Shown: piece by piece, positions 1 to 9,800 of the stretch
Layout of the letters: the number at the start of each line of letters is the position of its first letter
How positions within the stretch are numbered: position 1 is the stretch's first letter
Origin: Macrostomum lignano
Lineage: Eukaryota
Direction: 5' to 3'
Assembly: GCA_002269645.1 (NCBI GenBank)
Contig: NIVC01000174.1
Coordinates: 1 to 26,762, forward strand
DNA: 26,762 nucleotides
The notes under the pieces: generated by a model
What the model was told of the DNA's origin: nothing
The model's input: only the letters and a program-made list of their open reading frames with translations
The model's database searches: none
Program-made: the position numbers and the translations under genes

Positions 1-42
1 CGTCGATTGGAATCGGCAGTACGAGACAATTTTGAGTGAAAA

Positions 43-2258
43 TTGAATGGCCAGCAAGAAGCACGAGCCGGTAACGAATTTCAGGATGAAGGATATTTTA
101 CATTGGCTTATCCTCATCTCTTTCCGGATGGAGCAGGAGATTATAGTACGCCACGTAATTTTGGACTAAGTTTGGGCGACTATGCAAAGCATTTGATGCA
201 ATTCCGGTGTCAAGATTTCGTACCGATTTGCGGTTTAAATTTTACATTGAAAATATGGTGATGCGTTGGAGGGCGCTGGAAGTTGGTCGCGTGTTTGTAC
301 ACGACAACAAGTATGCTGGATTAAGTGCCAAGGAAATGATTGAAGCACTAAATGACCGGCAGTATTGGCTAGCGTGTCAGTTCGAGCATCAGTTTGCGAG
401 CACAAGCGCTTATTGGCAGAGTAAAGGACGGCAATTGGAAGCCATGATTCGAACGCTTGGTGTTCCTCATTTTTTGTGACACTATCGCAGCAGATGTACA
501 TTGGCCAGAGTTGCAGCATGCCTGGGGAATCGATGCAGAGCAATATGAAAGCAATGTAGAACTAAGAGCAGAAATGTTGTCAAAGTTGCAAAAAGATCCC
601 GGAATGGCAGACACTGTGTTTTGGTTGCGATTTGAAACATGTTTGAAACGTTTTTTGGTCGAGCACTGGAAAGTAAACGATTATTGGTTTCGCATAGAAT
701 ATCAGAGTCGCGGAAGTCCACACGTTCACGGTTGCATTTGGATGCAGATGGTGTTGATGTGACATCGAATACATTGAATGCAGAAGAATTGACGAGCTTT
801 GTTGACAAGTACATCTGTAGTTGGAATTTGGCCATGGACGAATCGGATTATGGAAATCAAGTTTTGAATGGCAGTTTAGCAGGTCAAGGTCATCCAGCTC
901 AAACTGAAACCGGAAGAGATTGAAAATGACAAGCAAGATTTGCAGTTAATTTCGCATTTGACAGAGAGGCACACTATTTGCAGTAAAAAGTGCTTGCGAA
1001 CAGTAAAGGCAAACAAGAGTGCGATTCAAGTATCCGCGCGAGCCGCAGGAAAAGACTGTTGCAAAGCGAGTATCCCGTTTAAATTGGCAAGTTGAGACGC
1101 AGCGCAACGACGAGCGATGATTTCTCACAGTCCGCAGTTGCTGTGCTGTGGAGAGCCAATGTCGATGTTCAAATGATTTCGTCCGTGAAGAATTTGATTC
1201 GCTATTTGATCAAGTATGCGACAAAAAGCGAAAAGGAGTCGGATTATATGGCGGAGCTGACAAAGCGTCTTCATAAGGAGTTGGAAAGATAATGCAGAAC
1301 AGAATGCCGATAACAATTTTCAGCGTAGCAACACTGCAAGGCGTGTTGTACAACAACACTTGATGGCGCAAGTTGGAGCGCGTGATTATTCGGCGCAAGA
1401 GGCAATGCATTTGCTATTGCAGACGTCATGTACAAGGGTTCGCGAGAATTTGTTTTTGTTCAGACTGGCGAAACCCGCGCAGTGGAGGAAAAGGGTGTTT
1501 GCAGGAATAGTTGCGACAAGTATTCAAAGCGTGCAAAGAATTTGGAAAATGTAACAATGTTTCGTTTCTTTTCCGACTACTGTCTCAGCCCTAATGGGAG
1601 GTGCACAAAAAGGCCGAAACAAGTAGTTTTGCTAATCAGTCCATTTTTTCGACCGAATGAGCAATCAGACGAAAGACGCGAAGGCTATTATCGGCAGCAG
1701 GTTTTGTTGTACAGTTGTTGGCGAAATGAGCGAGAAGCCAAAGGTTTGCACACAAGCTGGCAGCAAGCGTACGAAGCCATGCCTGCTGAGAATCGATGCG
1801 AGCTGCAGCTGCCCAATTTGGACGATTTGCGCAACGACGAAGCTGACGAAGAAGTCGAAGCAGTTGCGGAGCTACCCGAAATGACCAACGCAAATGCGCA
1901 ATCTGCTGCTCAGCCAACTTATGAGCACGAAGAGCAAGAAGATTGGATGGTTGCAGTGGGGCACTTCATCGCGAGAGAAATCTATTGGCCTGTCCAGAAG
2001 ATCAATTGCCAAAGCCGCCAGAAAATTTTGACTGAGCGCAGCTAGTGGCGGCCAGTTTCCAACGGTTGGAGAAGCAAAGGCGTTTTTAAGTAGCGACCTA
2101 AAACTTGGCGCAAGAGAGGTCGCTGACATGCCGATAAACAGTGTTGAATCGCTTAATGTTCGGCAGCGAGAAATGTACAACCTAATTGAAAGTCATTTGC
2201 AGCTTTCAGACTAGCCGAAGAAAACCAAGGCGAAAAGCCGGAGCCTCTCAAAGCAATT
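43..2258 (+). pseudogene. Frameshifted HUH replication-initiator (Rep) domain and linker of RepHel; may be intact in vivo
   Basis: Joining frames gives LAYPHLFPDGAGD, LEAMIRTLGVPHFFVTLSAADVHWPEL, YWFRIEYQSRGSPHVHGCIW, H-x2-C-x3-C...CRFKYP, WRANVDVQ, YLIKYATKSE (two catalytic Tyr), RDYSAQEAMHLLL; about a dozen frame changes, no stop that persists after frame correction. Confidence 0.88.
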
Positions 2259-3632
2259 TTGTATGGTAGCGCTGGAACTGGAAAAAGCTACTTGATTTCT
2301 ACATTGCGTCGGTTGATTGGAGAATCAAGATGCAGAATTATGGCATCAACAGGCGTAGCCGCTTTCAATATTGCAGGCGAAACTTTGCACTCGGCTTTGA
2401 AATTGAATGTAAATTTTAGTGCTGGTGTTGGCAAGAAATCCCTAATGGAGATGCAAGAGCAGTGGAAAGATGTGCGCTACATTTTTATTGACGAATTTAG
2501 CATGCTTGGCCAAAGGTTACTCCGTAAGGTGGATGCTCGTTTGCGCGAATTGTTTCCAGAACACAGTAAACAGAGTTTTGGTGGTCGATCTGTAATCCTA
2601 ATTGGCGACGTGTTTCAATTGCCTCCAGTTTTGGACACGCAACTGTACGTTTACAATCCAAATCAAAAGAAGCACGATATATTGAAATCTGAAGGCTATA
2701 AATTGTACATGGAGTTCAAAAAGGTTGTGCATCTGACAGAACAAGTCCGACAAGCAAACGATACGGAATTCGCCCAGTTGTTGGATAAACTTCGCGAAGG
2801 CAAGGCCGACGAAGCCTGCTGGAATTCGTTGATGAACAATTGTCGCGTCTATGCTCCCGACCTTTTGCCTGAAGGTTTCCAAAGCGGGTGTACATTTTTA
2901 TATCACACTAACGAGGATGTGAGAAATCGCAACTACATGCTATTGGGAAAGATGGTTTCCGAATTGAATCCTGTGCGGCAAATTAACGCAATTTGTAAAG
3001 GAGACGAAGCAAAATTGTGTGGCAAAAAGAAGGAACATAAAAAATCGGATACGAATCTGGAGAAGCGACTCTATTTGTGTATTGGTGCTCGAGTAATGCT
3101 AACTAGAAATCTGTCAGTACGCAATGGACTTGTGAATGGATCAGTTGGAACTGTACGAGGAATTTGCTACGCTCCTGGAAGGCAATCACCAAAGGATTGG
3201 CCAGATTGTATTTGGGTTGAATTTGACAATTATTCTGGCCCAGCAATGGGGGCAATTGTACAAGATAATCGTGCAATTCGTGTAGTGCCAATTCTGTCAG
3301 TAACGAATGAAAAGTTTAAAGGAGGAGCCCAATTGTCGCGTCAACAATTTCCACTACGATTGGCTTGGGCTAGTACGATTCACAAGAGCCAAGGACTTAC
3401 AATTCCAAAAGCGTACGTGGCGTTTAGCAAAGGAGGCGCCAGGAAAGCTATTCCAGCTGGATTATTTTATACTGCGGTGAGTAGAGTTCGTGCATTTGCA
3501 GATTTGCGAGTATCAAGTTGCGATTACAACAATTTCGTGAGCCTTTTTTCTGCACAAAAAGTGCAGACGCAGTTGCATGAGCAAAAGCGTTTGCTGAGAA
3601 TGTGCTCATCCGCGAATTCTGATAGCCGCTAA
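2259..3632 (+). CDS. Pif1-like SF1B DNA helicase domain (C-terminal half of the transposon RepHel protein)
   Basis: Uninterrupted 457-aa ORF with GSAGTGKS, IDEFSM, IGDVFQLPPV, EQVRQ, GARVMLTRNLSVRNGLVNGSVG, RQQFPLRLAWASTIHKSQGLT, YTAVSRV; the upstream frame continues into the Rep region, so 2259 is not a true start. Confidence 0.93.
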   Translation: MYGSAGTGKSYLISTLRRLIGESRCRIMASTGVAAFNIAGETLHSALKLNVNFSAGVGKKSLMEMQEQWKDVRYIFIDEFSMLGQRLLRKVDARLRELFPEHSKQSFGGRSVILIGDVFQLPPVLDTQLYVYNPNQKKHDILKSEGYKLYMEFKKVVHLTEQVRQANDTEFAQLLDKLREGKADEACWNSLMNNCRVYAPDLLPEGFQSGCTFLYHTNEDVRNRNYMLLGKMVSELNPVRQINAICKGDEAKLCGKKKEHKKSDTNLEKRLYLCIGARVMLTRNLSVRNGLVNGSVGTVRGICYAPGRQSPKDWPDCIWVEFDNYSGPAMGAIVQDNRAIRVVPILSVTNEKFKGGAQLSRQQFPLRLAWASTIHKSQGLTIPKAYVAFSKGGARKAIPAGLFYTAVSRVRAFADLRVSSCDYNNFVSLFSAQKVQTQLHEQKRLLRMCSSANSDSR

Positions 3633-3646
3633 CTTGCTATTCTAAA

Positions 3647-4348
3647 GTCGGCAACTATTTAGTCAGCAACTATCCATCCAGTCAGCATCCGTCCAGTCAG
3701 CAGCCGTCAGTCAGCAACAATCCAGTCAGCAACCATCCAGTCAGCAACCATCCAGTCAGCAAACATCCATCCAGTCAGCAACCATTCGTCCAGTCAGCAT
3801 CCATCCAGTCAGCAACCATCCAGTCAGCAACCATCCAGTCAGCATCCGTCCAGTCAGCAGCCATCCAGTCAGCAACCGTCCATCCAGTCAGCAACAATCC
3901 AGTCAGCAATCATCCAGTCAGCAACCATCCAGTCACAACCATCCAGTCAGCAGTCATCCAGTCAGCAACCATCCGTCCAGTCAGCAACCATCCGTCCAGT
4001 CAGCAATCATCCGTCCAGTCAGCGACCATCCAGTCGGCAACCATCCAGTCACAACCATACGTCCAGTCAGCAACCATCCAGTCAGCAACCATCCAGTCAG
4101 CAACCATCCATCCATTCAGCAACCATCCAGTCAGCAACCATCCAGTCAGCAACCATCCAGTCAGCAACCATTCGTCCAGCAACCATCCATCCAGTCAGCA
4201 ACAATCCAGTCAGCAACCATCCAGTCAGCAAACATCCATCCAGTCAGCAACCATTCGTCCAGTCAGCATCCATCCAGTCAGCAACCATCCAGTCAGCAAC
4301 CATCCAGTCAGCATCCGTCCAGTCAGCAGCCATCCAGTCAGCAACCGT
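3647..4348 (+). repeat. Minisatellite array 1, 15-bp unit CCATCCAGTCAGCAA with 19-bp (+CCAT/CCGT) variants
   Basis: Direct reading; degenerate copies (AGTCGGCAACTAT, AGTCAGCAACTAT) begin about 15 nt after the helicase stop. Confidence 0.97.
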
Positions 4349-4764
4349 TGTAGAAATTATAAGGAACAGAACGACTGAAATGTACAGTTTAATTATTTCA
4401 AAATTAAATAATTTCGAATTCTATTTTACCTTATTGCTTTCTTCAATTAAATTTTGTTATACAATTTATAAAATGCCTATTTTCAAAATATACCTCAAAA
4501 AGTAAGTTCAACAGCTTTAAAAATGCGCACGTTTTTACACTTCACGGCTCCAAAAAGTCACCATAGAAGATTTTTGCAGGACGCAAGACTTTTTACGTTA
4601 CAAAATAGCACTTTTATGTGCATTTTTTATTCAGTTTCAAAAGGCTTTTTAGTTACCTATTTGGTATTTTTTGTTTTAAAGATTTTTGCGAAATCAGGTC
4701 ATTTTAACTTGTTACGAAACTGTGGACCCACACTTTTACGCAACGCAATGCGCATGATGTCATC

Positions 4765-5850
4765 TTAAAGCACTTGCTAAATGCTATTTATTGACACTAC
4801 ACTGAAGGCCTGGCGTAGGATAGTTAATAAATGGCAGCGTGAAATATAGCAAAAAAACGCATAGTACCGGAACCTCGTAATTCGGTAAAATGTTAATAGC
4901 GTCAAAATACGAATTTTCGCACACTAACGAAGATGGCAGTCATCTGTACGTGTTTACTGGGCACAATAGTGCTCTTGGAAGCTAAGAACCTCATAGCGAA
5001 AATTAATATATTTTCCGCCCTATGTAGTGCTCAAATGGGTTGTTTTTGCACAAAATCACGTTTTTCGATTTTGAGAGTCAATTAAAAATTTTTTTGCAAC
5101 TGACAGACGTGAATGTCACTTTTTCTGAGAGTATTCATCTAGATGTTTCTAATAAGTACTAATATGGGTCATTCTTATGCTTCACCTATCCTTAGTATAG
5201 GTACAAAGTCATTATTTCATTTCCAGCAAGTCACGTGACCTGGCCTGAGGTGTACAACGCATCGTGCAATGCCAGCGAACATACACTCAAATTAAAGCAC
5301 TTTTTAAATGCTAACTATTGACACCACACTGAAGGCCTGGCGTAGCATCGTTAATAAATGGCAGCGTGAAATATAGCAAAAAAACGCATAACACCGGAAC
5401 CTCGTAATTCGGTAAATGTTATTAGCGTAAAAATACGAATTTTCGCACACTAACGAAGATAGCAGTCATCTGTACGTGTTTACTGGGCACAATAGTGCTC
5501 TTGGAAGCTAAGAACCTCATAGCGAAAATCAATAAATTTTTCACCCTATGTGTGCTCATATAGGTTGTTTTTGCACAAAATCACGTTTTTCGATTTTAAG
5601 AGTCAATTATAACAAAATTTTGCAACTGACAGACGTGAATATCATTTTTTCTGACAGTAGTCATCTAGGTGTTTCTAATAAGTACAAATTTTGGTTCATT
5701 CTTACGCTTCACCTATCCTTAGTATAGGTACAAAGTCATTATTTCATTTCCAGCAAGTCACGTGACCTGACCTGAGGTGTACAACGCATCGTGCAATGAC
5801 AGCGAACATACATTCAAATTAAAGTACATCTAAAATGTAGTTCAATGACA
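4765..5850. repeat. Diverged tandem duplication, 527-bp unit, two copies plus a short third start
   Basis: TTAAAG(C/T)AC at 4765/5292/5819; ACTGAAGGCC at 4801/5328; GTACAAAGTC at 5201/5728; scattered substitutions between copies. Confidence 0.95.
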
Positions 5851-6375
5851 CAAGCGCGTCGCGCTCCGGTAATCCGCTCAAAAGTTACAGGCTAAAAAGT
5901 ATGTTCGATATGCAAGCCCCCGTACCGTCGTTAAAGTACATTTCTGTACCGGCAGCGACTTCAATAAACTAAGACGAAATTTCAAAATATACATATTGTG
6001 CGCAATTTAGTTGTGCACCTTGCCTAAAAAGTCTGATTTTCCTAGCATGTCGTCGTTTCTTATTTTTTGTACATTTGTATCATGAAAAATACATAAAAAT
6101 AGCCTAAATCACGTTTATCGACTTTAGCAGTGTATGGCTCAGAGTCAGTGCAACGAAACGGCTCAAAATGTATTATAAACATGTAGATCTTACCTAAATG
6201 ACCGCATTCATGTACTTTTTAGAGTCTCGCAACAAGGTTGAATTTCCTTTATTTCGGTTCGAATACCTACCCGTCGAATATTCGAATGTAATTAACAGGT
6301 GCGAATGTACAGTTAAAGTGAGTATCTTGGTTAAAGTCGTGCGTCATGTAAGAGTCCCAGGTGCCATTGTTAGAA

Positions 6376-6423
6376 TGACGCAGCTCAAAGGTCGCGCTGA
6401 CGCGCGACCTTTGAGCTGCGTCA
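6376..6423. other. Perfect inverted repeat: 22-bp stem, 4-nt loop
   Basis: TGACGCAGCTCAAAGGTCGCGC (6376-6397) - TGAC - GCGCGACCTTTGAGCTGCGTCA (6402-6423). Confidence 0.97.
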
Positions 6424-6640
6424 GTTGAAAGTTGATAAAAATGCGCATTTTTGACACTTAAAAAACACACTTTTACAGAATTACCTATCAAGGTAAGCAT
6501 TTAGCGGAAAATAACCAATCAGTGTCTTGAAGGTCTGAAAATTCGCCAAAAGTTGGGTTCAATCAATTTTTGACTCCATATTGTGAATCCTTATTTTTGA
6601 GATTCAAGATTTGGACGGGTCTAAAAAAAGTCACTTTTTT

Positions 6641-6675
6641 GTTGCCATGGCAACCAAGACGCGTTGCTATGGAAC
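6641..6675. promoter_or_regulatory. RFX X-box-like palindrome plus a second imperfect copy
   Basis: GTTGCCATGGCAAC (6641-6654) is a perfect X-box consensus palindrome; GTTGCTATGGAAC at 6663-6675; function not shown. Confidence 0.4.
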
Positions 6676-6793
6676 TTTCACGTCACACATCTTGTAGCCC
6701 TAAATGTTTTACGTCCATAGAGGGGTCACACATGGTTTCATCTCAAGTGGTTTTAACTCTGCATCAATTTTATTTTCTAAAACGTTGATTTTA

Positions 6794-6875
6794 CGTTGGG
6801 GGAGTCTCCGGGACATCTTATCTCGGTCTCGTTTGTCCGGAAAAATTGCCAACGAGGAGCGAAGCGAGCGAAGCG
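6794..6875. other. Structured junction: imperfect inverted repeat followed by two GCGAAGC motifs; candidate element terminus
   Basis: CGTTGG(6794)/CCAACG(6849) and CCGGGACA/TGTCCGG arms; GCGAAGC at 6859-6865 and 6868-6874 immediately before array 2. Confidence 0.5.
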
Positions 6876-9800
6876 TCAGTCAGCAACAATCCAGTCAGCA
6901 ACCATCCAGTCAGCAACCATCCAGTCAGCAAACATCCATCCAGTCAGCAACCATTCGTCCAGTCAGCATCCATCCAGTCAGCAACCATCCAGTCAGCAAC
7001 CATCCAGTCAGCATCCGTCCAGTCAGCAGCCATCCAGTCAGCAACCGTCCATCCAGTCAGCAACAATCCAGTCAGCAATCATCCAGTCAGCAACCATCCA
7101 GTCACAACCATCCAGTCAGCAGTCATCCAGTCAGCAACCATCCGTCCAGTCAGCAACCATCCGTCCAGTCAGCAATCATCCGTCCAGTCAGCGACCATCC
7201 AGTCGGCAACCATCCAGTCACAACCATACGTCCAGTCAGCAACCATCCAGTCAGCAACCATCCAGTCAGCAACCATCCATCCATTCAGCAACCATCCAGT
7301 CAGCAACCATCCAGTCAGCAACCATCCAGTCAGCAACCATTCGTCCAGCAACCATCCATCCAGTCAGCAACAATCCAGTCAGCAACCATCCAGTCAGCAA
7401 ACATCCATCCAGTCAGCAACCATTCGTCCAGTCAGCATCCATCCAGTCAGCAACCATCCAGTCAGCAACCATCCAGTCAGCATCCGTCCAGTCAGCAGCC
7501 ATCCAGTCAGCAACCGTCCATCCAGTCAGCAACAATCCAGTCAGCAATCATCCAGTCAGCAACCATCCAGTCACAACCATCCAGTCAGCAGTCATCCAGT
7601 CAGCAACCATCCGTCCAGTCAGCAACCATCCGTCCAGTCAGCAATCATCCGTCCAGTCAGCGACCATCCAGTCGGCAACCATCCAGTCACAACCATACGT
7701 CCAGTCAGCAACCATCCAGTCAGCAACCATCCAGTCAGCAACCATCCATCCATTCAGCAACCATCCAGTCAGCAACCATCCAGTCAGCAACCATCCAGTC
7801 AGCAACCATTCGTCCAGCAACCATCCATCCAGTCAGCAACAATCCAGTCAGCAACCATCCAGTCAGCAACCATCCAGTCAGCAACCATCCGTCCAGTCAG
7901 CAACCATCCAGTCAGCAGCCATCCTGTCAGCAGCCATCCAGTCAGCAGCCATCCAGTCAGCAACCGTCCATCCAGTCAGCACCCATCCAGTCAACAACCA
8001 TCAGTCAGCGACCATCCAGTCAGCAACCATCCAGTCAGCAACCATCCAGTCAACAACAGTCCATCCAGTCAGCAAACATCCATCCAGTCAGCAACCATCC
8101 AGTCAACAACAGTCCATCCAGTCAGCAACCATCCATCCAGTCAGCAACAATCCAGTCACAACCATACATCCAGTCAGCAACCATCCAGTCAGCAACCATC
8201 CGTCCAGTCAGCAACCATCCAGTCAGCAGCCATCCTGTCAGCAGCCATCCAGTCAGCAGCCATCCAGTCAGCAACCGTCCATCCAGTCAGCACCCATCCA
8301 GTCAACAACCATCCAGTCAGCGACCATCCAGTCAGCAACCATCCAGTCAGCAACCATCCAGTCAGCAAACATCCATCCAGTCAGCAACCATCCAGTCAAC
8401 AACAGTCCATCAAGTCAGCAACCAATCATCCAGTCAGCAACAATCCAGTCAGCAACAATCCAGTCAGCAACAATCCAGTCACAACCATACATCCAGTCAG
8501 CAACCATCCAGTCAGCAACCGTCCATCCAGTCAGCAACAATCCAGTCAGCAACAATCCAGTCAGCAACCGTCCATCCAGTCAGCAACTATCCAGTCAGCA
8601 ACCATCCATCCAGTCAGCAACCGTCCAGTCAACAACCATCCAGTCAGCGACCATCCAGTCAGCAACCATCCAGTCAGCAACCATCCAGTCAACAACAGTC
8701 CATCCAGTCAGCAAACATCCATCCAGTCAGCAACCATCCAGTCAACAACAGTCCATCCAGTCAGCAACCATCCATCCAGTCAGCAACAATCCAGTCACAA
8801 CCATACATCCAGTCAGCAACCATCCAGTCAGCAACCATCCGTCCAGTCAGCAACCATCCAGTCAGCAGCCATCCTGTCAGCAGCCATCCAGTCAGCAGCC
8901 ATCCAGTCAGCAACCGTCCATCCAGTCAGCACCCATCCAGTCAACAACCATCCAGTCAGCGACCATCCAGTCAGCAACCATCCAGTCAGCAACCATCCAG
9001 TCAGCAAACATCCATCCAGTCAGCAACCATCCAGTCAACAACAGTCCATCAAGTCAGCAACCAATCATCCAGTCAGCAACAATCCAGTCAGCAACAATCC
9101 AGTCAGCAACAATCCAGTCACAACCATACATCCAGTCAGCAACCATCCAGTCAGCAACCGTCCATCCAGTCAGCAACAATCCAGTCAGCAACAATCCAGT
9201 CAGCAACCGTCCATCCAGTCAGCAACTATCCAGTCAGCAACCATCCATCCAGTCAGCAACCGTCCAGTCAACAACCATCCAGTCAGCGACCATCCAGTCA
9301 GCAACCATCCAGTCAGCAACCATCCAGTCAACAACAGTCCATCCAGTCAGCAAACATCCATCCAGTCAGCAACCATCCAGTCAACAACAGTCCATCCAGT
9401 CAGCAACCATCCATCCAGTCAGCAACAATCCAGTCACAACCATACATCCAGTCAGCAACCATCCAGTCAGCAACCATCCGTCCAGTCAGCAACCATCCAG
9501 TCAGCAGCCATCCTGTCAGCAGCCATCCAGTCAGCAGCCATCCAGTCAGCAACCGTCCATCCAGTCAGCACCCATCCAGTCAACAACCATCCAGTCAGCG
9601 ACCATCCAGTCAGCAACCATCCAGTCAGCAACCATCCAGTCAGCAAACATCCATCCAGTCAGCAACCATCCAGTCAACAACAGTCCATCAAGTCAGCAAC
9701 CAATCATCCAGTCAGCAACAATCCAGTCAGCAACAATCCAGTCAGCAACAATCCAGTCACAACCATACATCCAGTCAGCAACCATCCAGTCAGCAACCGT

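Larger units (their letters stand above)
1..3632 (+). mobile_element. Helitron-superfamily rolling-circle transposon (Helentron/Helitron2-like), RepHel coding region; 5' end lies outside the window, 3' end unresolved
   Basis: HUH Rep motifs followed in the same orientation by a Pif1/SF1B helicase; Rep motif 1 FFVTLSAAD and motif 2 EYQSRGSPHVH are of the Helentron-clade type rather than canonical FITFTCNP/RGLPH. Confidence 0.9.

Noticed and set aside
2259-3632. Host PIF1 gene or phage RecD-like helicase
   Set aside because: Intronless and directly continuous with a Helitron-type HUH Rep domain.
4523-6788. Short ORFs (72-81 aa) in the inter-array cassette
   Set aside because: No recognisable motifs, mostly non-ATG starts, lengths expected by chance.
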